Under the pieces are notes generated by a model, which worked only from the letters and a program-made list of their open reading frames with translations, made no database searches and was not told the DNA's origin. Position numbers and translations under genes: made by a program. Shown here piece after piece: positions 30,779 through 40,800 of a stretch of 61,139 nucleotides of DNA. The stretch comes from Thermoguttaceae bacterium (GTDB lineage: Bacteria; Planctomycetota; Planctomycetia; Pirellulales; Thermoguttaceae): positions 1 to 61,139 of the forward strand of contig JANXAQ010000089.1 in the NCBI GenBank assembly GCA_025062105.1. The letters are read 5' to 3'. Numbering within the stretch: position 1 is the stretch's first letter; the number at the start of each line of letters is the position of its first letter.

Positions 30779-30933
30779 TCCGTCTTTAACTTTAGGGTGG
30801 ATCGGCGTTGTCTGCCGCTGGTTCGGAAGGTGGGGCTGGAAGATTTTTCTGGCAAGAGCTGGAAAAAGGCTTTCAAAAAGTCGCCCTTTCCGCCGGACGA
30901 GAAACTCTTCCGAGCACACAGGGAAGATAGGGT

Positions 30934-33258
30934 GTGAACGTTCGTACTGAGACGCAGATTGGGGCAAGTTCTCTTTGTTTTGAAACCGGAGAATATGCCA
31001 AGCAGGCCGGCGGCAGTTGTCTGGTTCAATATGCCGATACGGTCGTTCTGATTGCCGCCACGCTGGGGGAACCAAAGCTAGAGGCCGATTTCTTTCCTCT
31101 GACCTGTGAATATCGGGAACGGGTAGCGGCCGCTGGTAAGTTTCCCGGTGGGTTTATGAAACGGGAAGGCCGACCCACGCAACGGGAAACGCTTATTTCT
31201 CGGCTTATCGATCGGCCTATCCGCCCAATGTTTCCTAAGGGCTTCACTCAGGAGGTGCAGGTACTGGCTTCTGTTTTGGCCAGCGATCGGCAAACCGACC
31301 CGGACGTGTTGGCCATGAACGGCGCATCGGTGGCTTTGATGCTTTCGCCGGCGCCGTTTCTGGGGCCGATTGGCTCGATCCGTCTGGGCTACATCCATGG
31401 GCAATTCGTCCCCTTCCCTACCTGGGACCAACTGAAAGAAAGCCAGTTGGACCTAGTAGTTTCTGGCACCAAAGAGGCGGTGCTGATGATCGAAGGCTTT
31501 GGGCGGGAAGTGCCCGAAGAGCTCATGTGCCAGGCGATTCAGGAGGCACACAAGTATATTATTCAGATTTGCCAGGTCCAGGAGCAACTTTGCGCCCAGG
31601 TGGGGGTACAGAAGCCACCTTTTGAACTGCCGCCCCCCAATCCCCTCTATGAGACGCTGAAGGAGAAATATTACCAGGCGCTTCGTCAGGCCAAACATCA
31701 GCCTACCAAACAAGCCCGGGCGGAGGCCTGTGAGCAGCTCAAACAGCAGGCCATGCAGGAGCTATTTCCGGATCCGACGGTGGCCGATCCAACGGCCGTG
31801 GCTGGTTTTGCCTGCTGCTGGCAGGAGTTGGAGCGTCGGGTGGTCCGGGATATGATTCTGGAGGGCCGTCGGCCCGACGGCCGAGGCTACAAAGATCTGC
31901 GAGAAATTACCTGCAAGGTCGATGTGTTGCCCAGGGTGCATGGATCCGCCCTGTTTCAGCGGGGTGAGACCCAGGCGATGATCACGGTGGTGTTGGGCAC
32001 GGTTCGGGACGCCCAAAAGGTGGATGGCCTGTTTGAGGAATATCTCAAAAAGTTCATGTTGGACTATTATTTCCCACCGTTTTCGGTGGGGGAATGTAAA
32101 CCGATCCGAGCGCCCGGCCGGCGGGAAATTGGCCATGGTGCTTTGGCTGAGCGAAGCCTCAAAGCAGTAGTCCCCGATTCAGAGAAGTTTCCATACACTA
32201 TACGGGTGCTTTCGGATATTTTGGAATCGAACGGATCCAGTTCGATGGCAACCGTCTGCGGGGCGACCTTAGGGCTAATGGCTGCGGGGGTCCCGATTAG
32301 TAATCCAGTGGCCGGCGTGTCGATCGGCCTGGTCCATGAAGGTCCGGATCGGTGGGTGCTGCTCACTGACATCATCGGCGACGAAGATCATTACGGGGAT
32401 ATGGATTTTAAGGTGGCCGGCACCCAAAATGGCATTACGGGTATCCAACTGGATCTGAAGATTCCGGGCATAAGCCAGGAGATTATTCGTGCTACTTTGG
32501 CCCAAGCGAGGGAGGCCCGGATTCAGATTCTCCGCAAAATGCTTTCGACGATTCCACGGCCCAGAGAGGATGTATCGCCGTGGGCGCCTCGGATTTTGCG
32601 GACCCGGATTGATCTGGATAAGATAGGACTTTTGATTGGGCCGGGAGGCCGGACCGTTAGGAATATACAAAATACCACAGGTGCTATCATTGACATTGAG
32701 GATGACGGTACGGTAACTGTGGCCGCTCCCACCCTGGAAGGCGCCCAGGAAGCGATGCGGCAGATCGAAGCGCTGACAGCTAACGTAGAGGTAGGCAAAA
32801 TCTATTATGGCCGAGTAATCGCGGTCAAAGATTTTGGAGCGTTCGTCGAAATTTTGCCCGGCCGGGACGGCCTGTGCCATATCAGTGAATTGGACGATAA
32901 ATACGTCTCTAACGTAAGCGACATCTGTAAAGTCGGCGACATCATGGCCGTTAAGGTTATCGCGATCGATGAACAAGATCGGGTAAAGCTTAGCCGTCGG
33001 CTTGCGATGGCGGAGCTAGAAGGTCGGGCCCCAGGCTCTGGAAGCAGTGGCCAGGAACGTCCCGGAGTGGGTGCTGGAGAGCGGCCAACTCATGCTCCCG
33101 GGCATGGGGGAGGGCCTAGTGGTGGGCATCCGGCTAGCACTCATGGGGCCAGTTCGCATGGAGGGCCGGAACGTGGCTCTGGACCGACCGGCCAACGCCC
33201 CGCTTCTCCTCGGCACGACCGTGATCGAGATCGTAATCGCACGGACCGCCGTCGATAG
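30934..33258 (+). CDS. pnp: Polynucleotide phosphorylase (PNPase) with a ~80-aa Arg/Gly/Ser-rich C-terminal tail
   Basis: Two RNase PH domains, a KH domain (GPGGRTVRNIQNTTGAIIDIEDDG) and an S1 domain (GKIYYGRVIAVKDFGAFVEI). rpsO-pnp synteny. GTG start at 30934. Confidence 0.93.
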   Translation: MNVRTETQIGASSLCFETGEYAKQAGGSCLVQYADTVVLIAATLGEPKLEADFFPLTCEYRERVAAAGKFPGGFMKREGRPTQRETLISRLIDRPIRPMFPKGFTQEVQVLASVLASDRQTDPDVLAMNGASVALMLSPAPFLGPIGSIRLGYIHGQFVPFPTWDQLKESQLDLVVSGTKEAVLMIEGFGREVPEELMCQAIQEAHKYIIQICQVQEQLCAQVGVQKPPFELPPPNPLYETLKEKYYQALRQAKHQPTKQARAEACEQLKQQAMQELFPDPTVADPTAVAGFACCWQELERRVVRDMILEGRRPDGRGYKDLREITCKVDVLPRVHGSALFQRGETQAMITVVLGTVRDAQKVDGLFEEYLKKFMLDYYFPPFSVGECKPIRAPGRREIGHGALAERSLKAVVPDSEKFPYTIRVLSDILESNGSSSMATVCGATLGLMAAGVPISNPVAGVSIGLVHEGPDRWVLLTDIIGDEDHYGDMDFKVAGTQNGITGIQLDLKIPGISQEIIRATLAQAREARIQILRKMLSTIPRPREDVSPWAPRILRTRIDLDKIGLLIGPGGRTVRNIQNTTGAIIDIEDDGTVTVAAPTLEGAQEAMRQIEALTANVEVGKIYYGRVIAVKDFGAFVEILPGRDGLCHISELDDKYVSNVSDICKVGDIMAVKVIAIDEQDRVKLSRRLAMAELEGRAPGSGSSGQERPGVGAGERPTHAPGHGGGPSGGHPASTHGASSHGGPERGSGPTGQRPASPRHDRDRDRNRTDRRR

Positions 33259-33344
33259 CAGGCTCTTGCCCATTCAGGGTTTGTCTTTTGTTGCCGCTGC
33301 CGCTAGATCCAGTAAGGCTCCCAAGAGCGATCCTCCTCTATATC

Positions 33345-33420
33345 TTTGGGAAGTTCCCCAAAAATCTGAACATATAATGAACTTAATGGGGATGTGATTC
33401 TATCGGCATTGCCTTGGCCA
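33345..33420. mobile_element. MITE-like family A fragment
   Basis: aaatctgaacatataatgaacttaatgg; partial terminus only. Confidence 0.4.
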
Positions 33421-33475
33421 AACCGAACACACGCTCTCTATTGCCTCCCAGGGCTTGTCAGCAATCTCATTTACT

Positions 33476-33618
33476 CGACTTTTGCCATTTTTCCAACCTG
33501 CTCTGTCTCCAGGAGTACCGACGCCCCCCTTTTGTTCACCTGATTTCCTAACTGCAATATTGATAAGGAGTTAAACCTTTTCCTTTCGGTAGAAATGGCC
33601 AAAATGGCAAAAGTCAAG
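33476..33618. mobile_element. MITE-like family B copy
   Basis: tcgacttttgccatttttcc...gaaatggccaaaatggcaaaagtcaag. Confidence 0.65.
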
Positions 33619-33784
33619 TTCGTAGAAACGTCTTTTTTCGAGCAGGACCCAGGTACTCGGGGGGATCTTGCTAGTTACAAACCTTGCTCTGGGCATCCAA
33701 GGCGCTACAATGAGAAAGAGGCGGCCTATGATAAAAAGGAGTGCTTTTTTGCCAATGTGGTTTTTTTGTTGAAATTAGTTTGCC

Positions 33785-35215
33785 ATGTGTGGTTCAATGC
33801 TTGCGACTGAAAAGCCCACCAATTTACGCCAGCTCCGCGAGAGCGGCTGGGTATCCAAAACCGTCAAGCAGGAAATTCGGGACAATCTGCTTCGGAAGCT
33901 CAGCCAAGGGGAAGAATTGTTTCCGGGTATTATCGGGTATGAGGATACGGTGATTCCGGAGATTAACATTGGTTTGTTGGCGGGGCATGATCTTTTGTTT
34001 CTAGGGGAGAAGGGGCAGGCAAAAAGTCGGCTGATGCGACTGATTGTGCGGTTTTTGGATGAAGAGATTCCGTATTTAGATATTCCGGGCTGTCCGGTAC
34101 ATGAGGATCCGTACCGGCCCATAACTCGGCAAGGACGACGGTTACTAGAGACGGTGCCGGAAGATCGGATTCCGATAGCTTGGTGGCCACGGCAGGAGCG
34201 GTATGCGGAGCGGCTTGCACCGGGGACGAAATTTGCGGATCTGATCGGTGAGATCGACCCGGCCAAGTTGGCCGCCGGTGTCAGTATGTCAGTCGAAGAG
34301 GCCCTCCATTTTGGCCTGATCCCCCGGATGCACCGTGGAATCTTTGCTGTCAATGAGCTGCCCGAATTGGACGAGCAGATTCAGGTAGGGCTATTTAACA
34401 TTCTAGAAGAGCGGGATGTGCAGATTCGGGGATATCCGGTGCGATTTGATTTGGATGTGCTTTTATTGTTTTCGGCCAATCCGGCTACATACAACCGTAG
34501 CGGCAAGGTGATTCCGCAGCTGAAGGACCGTATAGGGACAATTGTTCATACTCATTATCCCCGGGATCGTGATATAGGCATCCAGATCATGCGGCAGGAA
34601 GCTGGCATTGACCTGGGTGGCCCGTATCCGGTGGTGGTACCATATTTTATGTGTGAAATCATCGAGCAGATTAGCATTGTGGCTCGCAAATCAAAGTACA
34701 TTGATCATCAATCAGGAGTAAGCGCCCGACTTTCGATTGCCAATTATCGGACCATGGTGGCCAGTGCCCGTCAGCGAGGGGTGCTGTTGGGCGAACGGCC
34801 GGCTGTACCTAGGATTAGCGATCTTGGACATTTGTATGCTTCCTCCCTGGGTAAATTAGAACTGGATCTTATGTGCAGCCACCAGATGAGTGAACGTCAG
34901 GTCTTCGATGCCATCCTCCTAGAGGCTATCCGGGATGTGTTTTCCGAATATGTAGATCGCCACGGTCTGGACGAAATCGCGGATGTTTTTGCTCGAGGGG
35001 TAAAAATTGAAGTGGGCGATATGCTCCCCTCCAGCCATTATGCCAAGCGCCTCCAGCGGGTGCCGGCCATCTGGGACAAAGCCTTTGAGGTGAACGCCTC
35101 CCGGGATCCGGCGGTGCGAGCTTCCTGTGTAGAATTTGTCCTTGCAGGTCTATATGCTATGGAAAAAATCTCCCGCTGCCAACGTCATGGGCGGATTGTA
35201 TATGAAATTCCCTAA
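33785..35215 (+). CDS. AAA+ ATPase, ChlI/MoxR-like (Mg-chelatase subunit I family)
   Basis: IIGYEDTV...[18 protein letters not shown] (Walker A-like), [27 protein letters not shown] (Walker B/sensor), [18 protein letters not shown] (arginine finger region). The architecture parallels ChlI. Confidence 0.65.
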   Translation: MCGSMLATEKPTNLRQLRESGWVSKTVKQEIRDNLLRKLSQGEELFPGIIGYEDTVIPEINIGLLAGHDLLFLGEKGQAKSRLMRLIVRFLDEEIPYLDIPGCPVHEDPYRPITRQGRRLLETVPEDRIPIAWWPRQERYAERLAPGTKFADLIGEIDPAKLAAGVSMSVEEALHFGLIPRMHRGIFAVNELPELDEQIQVGLFNILEERDVQIRGYPVRFDLDVLLLFSANPATYNRSGKVIPQLKDRIGTIVHTHYPRDRDIGIQIMRQEAGIDLGGPYPVVVPYFMCEIIEQISIVARKSKYIDHQSGVSARLSIANYRTMVASARQRGVLLGERPAVPRISDLGHLYASSLGKLELDLMCSHQMSERQVFDAILLEAIRDVFSEYVDRHGLDEIADVFARGVKIEVGDMLPSSHYAKRLQRVPAIWDKAFEVNASRDPAVRASCVEFVLAGLYAMEKISRCQRHGRIVYEIP

Positions 35216-35461
35216 CTCCATCTGGGCCAATTGGGTAAGGGCAGTCCCCTTCGGACGTCCGAACCTCATAAAATGTCGGTAGGAGGTAATTTGCTGAACC
35301 CAAGGATCATTAAATCTTAACTTTCTGGAATATAAGAACTTATAAAAAAAGGGTACATGTCCAGCAGAAGGCCATTCTAAAATGGCATTTTAGCGTTTTC
35401 CGGAGGCTTTACCCTAACTGTTCCATCTTGCAAAACTTGGCAAACTAGAAAAACTAGAAGA

Positions 35462-35640
35462 GGAACCTTTGCATACTTCGGGGAGATATCGTGATACTAT
35501 TTTAGGTTTCTCCACGTTCGACCGAATCTATTGGGTGGTTAGCACTGCTAGCATTCTATATCTCGTGGGGGAGTGGATGGGGTAGTTAACGTTTGGCGAA
35601 TCAAAATTCATACAGTTCACTATATGTTAGTCTCATGCAT
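35462..35640. mobile_element. MITE-like family A copy
   Basis: ggaacctttgcata...gcactgctagc...gttcactatatgttag. Confidence 0.7.
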
Positions 35641-35701
35641 AGCTTTCATTATTCTTCGTTAAAATAGCTAAGTCGTTCTGTCTGTCGAATGGAATCCCAT
35701 C

Positions 35702-37408
35702 ATGGCCGAGCGAAAGCAGGCGCCGATTGGCGGCATCATCCATACCTATCAGCGGTACGATCCGCAGCAATTCCCTTCGCCTTTGCAGGAGGAGCCGGAT
35801 TTACTAAGCAAAGCCTTTGAACATCTGTTAGCCTATGGGTCGATGCGGGAACTGACCGAAGAAGAGTTGGCCCGAGCCGTGCGCATCGATCCATCGCAGA
35901 TCGCCGGTCTTTTGCCTAGCTTGTACAGCCTGATGGAATTGCTCCGGCAACGTAAACAGAAGATCCTACAAACCTATGAAGTGGAAACGGTCCAGGCCGA
36001 GGCAGCTCACCGGTATCAGCAACTGGCCCAGCAACTGCAATTGCCGCCTGTGTTACAGAAGCGCTTTGGCCAGGCACTGACCGAAGAACAACTCTACGAA
36101 TTAGAACGACTCTGGTTTGCCGCCGGCGGAGAAAAAAGCCCCTTGTCGGCCCAAATCCTTCAACTCATCCAACGACTGGGCGAAAAGTATCAGATCGACG
36201 AATTGGCTTCCAAATATACGTTTACTGGCCGACGTCGGATGAGTATTCCCGAAGCATTGCAGATCAAAGAGGAATTGGAGCTTATTGACAAGTTACTTCG
36301 GCAGTTAGAAGAGGCAGCTAAAACAGCCCAAATTGGGGTAATTGATCTAGAGGATCTGGCCCAGTTTGTCGAACAACAGCAGATCGAAAACCTCAGGAGC
36401 TTTTCCCAGAAGGTACAACAGTTTCTCCGTCATCTGGCTGAGGTGCAAGGACTGGAAAAGACCCGCCACGGCTATCAACTGACGCCAAAGGCTTATCGGT
36501 TGTTTCAGAGTCGGTTATTGGAACGCATCTTCAGCCGACTTCAGCCCTCTCGCACTGGTCGACACCCGCAGGGCGTGGAAGGCGAAGGGCCTATCGAACA
36601 GGCCAAAACTCGACCCTATGAATTTGGCGACAGTTTGGCGCACATGGATATTCCTGGCACTTTTATCAATGCGTTGGTGCGCACGGGGCCTGGGTTGCCG
36701 GTTCGGCTGGAGCCGGACGACATCCTCATCCATCGGACTCGTCAGAGGCCCAAGTGTGCCACTTGTGTGATTATGGATATGAGTGGATCGATGCATTATC
36801 GCAGTCTTTATGTGGATGTCAAGCGGATGGCGCTGGCTTTGGAGGGGTTGATTCGACGGGAATATCCAGGAGATTGGCTGCAATTTATAGAAATGTTTAC
36901 TTTCGCCAAACTTCGGCATCCTAGTGAAATCGTTACCCTTTTGCCTCGGCCGGTGCTGCTGTTTGATCCGATCGTTCGGTTTCGGGCCGACATGAGCGAT
37001 CCCAATATTACAGAACTCGACATTCCGCCGCATTTTACGAATATTCAACATGCCTTGCAAATGGCGCGGCGGTTGCTAGCCTGTCAGGATACCCCGAATC
37101 GGCACATTTTGCTCATTACCGACGGCCAGCCGACGGCCCATTTTGAAGGCTCGGTCCTCTATCTCCTGTACCCACCCCACCGGAAGACCATCGAAGCCAC
37201 TCTGCGGGAAGCCCGTTTGTGCCGACGGGACGGAATTACCATCAATATTTTTCTTTTGCCCCGGCCTGGCGAGGATCCGGATGATGTGCGGTTTGCTTAT
37301 CGGTTGGCCGAAGCCGCCGCCGGTAGAGTCTTTTTCACCGCCGGCAAAGACTTGGATCGGTATGTCATCTGGGACTATCTGGCACGCCGACGTGAAATCA
37401 TCGGCTAA
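35702..37408 (+). CDS. VWA domain protein (CoxE-like) with a long helical N-terminal region
   Basis: C-terminal von Willebrand A domain with MIDAS motif CVIMDMSGSM, later ...ITDGQPTA. Directly downstream of the AAA+ ATPase, the classic MoxR/ChlI-VWA pairing. Confidence 0.65.
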   Translation: MAERKQAPIGGIIHTYQRYDPQQFPSPLQEEPDLLSKAFEHLLAYGSMRELTEEELARAVRIDPSQIAGLLPSLYSLMELLRQRKQKILQTYEVETVQAEAAHRYQQLAQQLQLPPVLQKRFGQALTEEQLYELERLWFAAGGEKSPLSAQILQLIQRLGEKYQIDELASKYTFTGRRRMSIPEALQIKEELELIDKLLRQLEEAAKTAQIGVIDLEDLAQFVEQQQIENLRSFSQKVQQFLRHLAEVQGLEKTRHGYQLTPKAYRLFQSRLLERIFSRLQPSRTGRHPQGVEGEGPIEQAKTRPYEFGDSLAHMDIPGTFINALVRTGPGLPVRLEPDDILIHRTRQRPKCATCVIMDMSGSMHYRSLYVDVKRMALALEGLIRREYPGDWLQFIEMFTFAKLRHPSEIVTLLPRPVLLFDPIVRFRADMSDPNITELDIPPHFTNIQHALQMARRLLACQDTPNRHILLITDGQPTAHFEGSVLYLLYPPHRKTIEATLREARLCRRDGITINIFLLPRPGEDPDDVRFAYRLAEAAAGRVFFTAGKDLDRYVIWDYLARRREIIG

Positions 37409-37446
37409 GCCGCCCGATAATCCTTTAGCCAAGCGAAAGAGAACTT

Positions 37447-37636
37447 GGAACCTCTGCAAAATCCTGAACATATAGTGAACTTGGTGAACCTTTGTATCTC
37501 TAGCCGGTTGATTCTCCTATCGGGACATCTCCTATCTATTGGGTGCTAGCAATGCTAGTAGCCCTATATGTTGTATTACAGAGAAGACCAGACAAAATGG
37601 TCTAAAAATATCCCTTTCGAATTATGGAGAGGTTCC
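37447..37636. mobile_element. MITE-like family A copy
   Basis: ggaacctctgcaaaatcctgaacatatagtgaac...gctagcaatgctag...aaaatggtctaaaaatatccctttcgaattatggagaggttcc. Confidence 0.75.
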
Positions 37637-37899
37637 AACTTGTTTTTCTTATGTCGAATCGGCCTACAAGGGGGGCATTCCCGGATAAACGGCAGTCCAG
37701 GCTTGTGCCTGCCTTCGTGCCAAACCAGCCTGCCCAAATAGGTGAATCTGGATCCCTGCTTTCGCTGGCTGGACCTTAGGCCCGGTGTTAGGCACTGGTT
37801 TGCCTACCCAAATAGTGAATCTGGATCTCTGCGTTCTCTGGGATGCCAAAAAGGGGTATGCATTCGGCCAGACCTCCTGTTGTTTGGAGAACCTCAAGG

Positions 37900-40800
37900 A
37901 TGAGCCGCTGGCGGTTGTTGTGGCGCACGGTAGTGTTTTTTTGGCGTTCGAACCTGGCTGTTGCTGGCGGAGTGGCGGTGTCCGCGGCAGTGATTACCGG
38001 AGCACTGATCCTGGGCGATTCGCTCCGAGGCAGTTTGCGTCGGATGTCACTGGATCGGCTTGGTCCGGTGGATGCCGTGCTCCGAACCGACCGGTTTTTT
38101 CGAGAAGCCTTGGCCGAGGAGTTGCAAGTCCGTCTGGCCAACCATCCCCAACAAGCACAAACAGGGCCGATCCGCTTTGTTCCGCTGATTCTGATGGAGG
38201 GGATGGCGGCGACATCGGACCGACAGCCTACCAGGAGTGTCGGCCGAGTGCAGATTGTCGGCTGCGACGAACGGTTCTGGCGCTTAGGCGGACAAGGGCA
38301 GCAGTCCGAAGACAACTCGGAAAACCTCTCAACGGCCTCGTACCAGGTAACGACTGTTTCCGAGACGGAACCTTTTGCTAAAAAAGAGCTTCTTTCTGCG
38401 CCGAATCGCCAGCCGATTTCCCACTCTATTTGGCCATCGGGCCGGTCGATCTCTTCCGCTTGGCGGACCAGGGAGGATGAAGAACCGGCTGTTTTGGTCA
38501 ATCAGCCTTTAGCTGAACAAATGGGCCTGGAGCCGGGACAAGAAATCCTGATCCGCTTTTTCGCTTGGCAAAATATTGCTCCGGAAAGCACCCTGGGGCG
38601 CAAAGGGGGAACAGTTCGGAGTTGGCGGGTGCGGGTGGCAGGTTTGGTGCCGGAGGATCGATGGCCAGGGCGGTTCGCCTTGTCCGATTTCCAGCAAAAG
38701 CCGCTTCTAGTTTATGTGCCGCTGAGGGCGTTACAACGGCTGATTGGACAATCGGAGCGAGTTAATACGATTTTGGCCATCCGGCAATCAGGTCCATTGG
38801 AGCCGCCGGTGACTCAAGAGTCTGTGTTGGCCGACTGTCTGCGCCCTTCGGCCGAGGATTATGGCCTACGGTTTGAGCGGGTGGAACGGGGAAAATATAC
38901 TTATATCCATATTACTACGGATCAGCTCCTTTTTCCTCCCCCGTTAGAAGAAACGCTGCGACGGGCTCTAGAAGGCCACGTGTTCCAGCCGGTGCTGACT
39001 TATCTGGCTAATGCCATCCAACTGAGCCCGCCGCGGCATCCGCCTATTACCGAGCAACCAGCGGACGGCCAGATCGTGCCCTATAGCACAATCAGTGCGA
39101 TTGACTTTCAGATGGCCGAACCTTTTGGGCCGTTCCGCTCGGTGGACGGGCGGCCGCTGCCGCCGCTCCGAGATACGCCAGAGCCTGAAATTGTGCTGAA
39201 TGCTTGGGCGGCCCGAAGTCTAGGCATCCGTCTGCCCGAGGAATTGCCCGATTCCAAAGCACCCCCAGAAAAACTCTCTGCAAAAACCCCTATTGGCCTT
39301 CAGCCCGGTGCGACAGACTCTTCGGCAAGTAAGGATATGGCCCTTCTTAAGGCCGCTGTCTCTACCCAATCGGACAAAAAAACAGGCTCATCTTCCGACC
39401 TGAACAAGAAGGCATATACACATGTTTGGAATCAGGCTTCTGAGACTGCCGCTGGTACCGCCTCGGTGGGTAGGGACCCAGGTCCATTTGGCCCTCTGCC
39501 AAAGTACGTGTATGTTACCTTCTTCGAGCCGGAAACGATGGAAGGGCAAACGGTCGAACGTACTGTGCGTTTTCGGCTGGCCGGCATCGTAAGGATGGAA
39601 GGTCCGGCCCGAGATCGCCATTTGACGCCGGAAGTGCCCGGTCTGACCGATCGTCGCTCCATTTCGCAATGGGATGTGCCGTTTGAGCCTTTTTACGAAG
39701 GCTTGATCCGACCGGCTGACGAAGAATATTTTCGTCAAGAGGGGCTGACACCAAAGGCGTTTGTCTCGTTGGCTACCGGCTGGCGGTTGTGGGCAAGTCG
39801 ATTCGGGAGGGTGAGCTCGTTTCGGGTGGCAGCCGGCAGCACCGTTACCCTGCAAGAGTTAAGGCAGCGGATTCAGCAGTCGGCTGAGCCGGCTAAGCTT
39901 GGGTTTGTCTTCCAACCGGTCAAACGTCGGGCCTTGGCCGCCTCAGAAGGTACCGGCTCTTTTGAGGTGCTGTTTTTGGGGTTTAGTGGATTTTTGATTC
40001 TGTCTGCGGGCATGTTGGTGGTATTGCTTTTTCGCTTAGGGGTTCAGAGGCGGCAGGAACAATTGGGCTTGCTTTTGGCATTGGGGTTTAGCAGTGGGCA
40101 GATCCGTCGGTTTTTATTGGTTGAGGGGTTGTTGGCGGTTCTGGCTGGCAGCAGCTTGGGTACCTTGGGAGGGTTGGGCTACGGAGCGGCTGTGCTGGGA
40201 GGATTTCGTGCATGGGCCAGCGATAACATAAACATTTGGTTCCTTCAGTTAGAAGTCCGGCCCGAAAGTTTTCTCATCGGTTTTTTAGCCGCTGTGTTGC
40301 TGGCAGTGCCTACCATTGGCTGGGCGGTGCACCGCTCGGCCCAAGCTTCTCCCCGACATCTTCTCAGCGGCCTTCCTCTGGAAGAAGCCGATGCCAAGGA
40401 CACTTCGGCCCTGGCCTCCCAAAGACTTCGGCTCCTTCGATGGGCTATCCGCCTGTTAATCGTCTTGGCAGCGGCGGTAGGCTTGATAGGTTGGACCGGG
40501 TTCCGGAGCCAGGAAATGGTTCAAGCTGGAGCCTTTTTCGCAGCCGGCCTGCTAATGCTCATTGCCGGCTTGCTCTGGACCCGGCAACTATTGTACCCGC
40601 GAGGCAAAGAAATCTCTGAGATAGTTTTTACCTCTAAAGTGGCTTTACTCCAATTAGCCCTTCGCTCAGCAGGCCGAAATCCACGCCGTAGCAGCTTGAC
40701 CGTGGGCCTGATGGCGGCAGCGGTGTTTTTGATCACGGCCACCAGTCTGTTTCGGGTGCAAATGCCTAGCCATGTACCTCGTCTAGACGATGGTGCCGGA

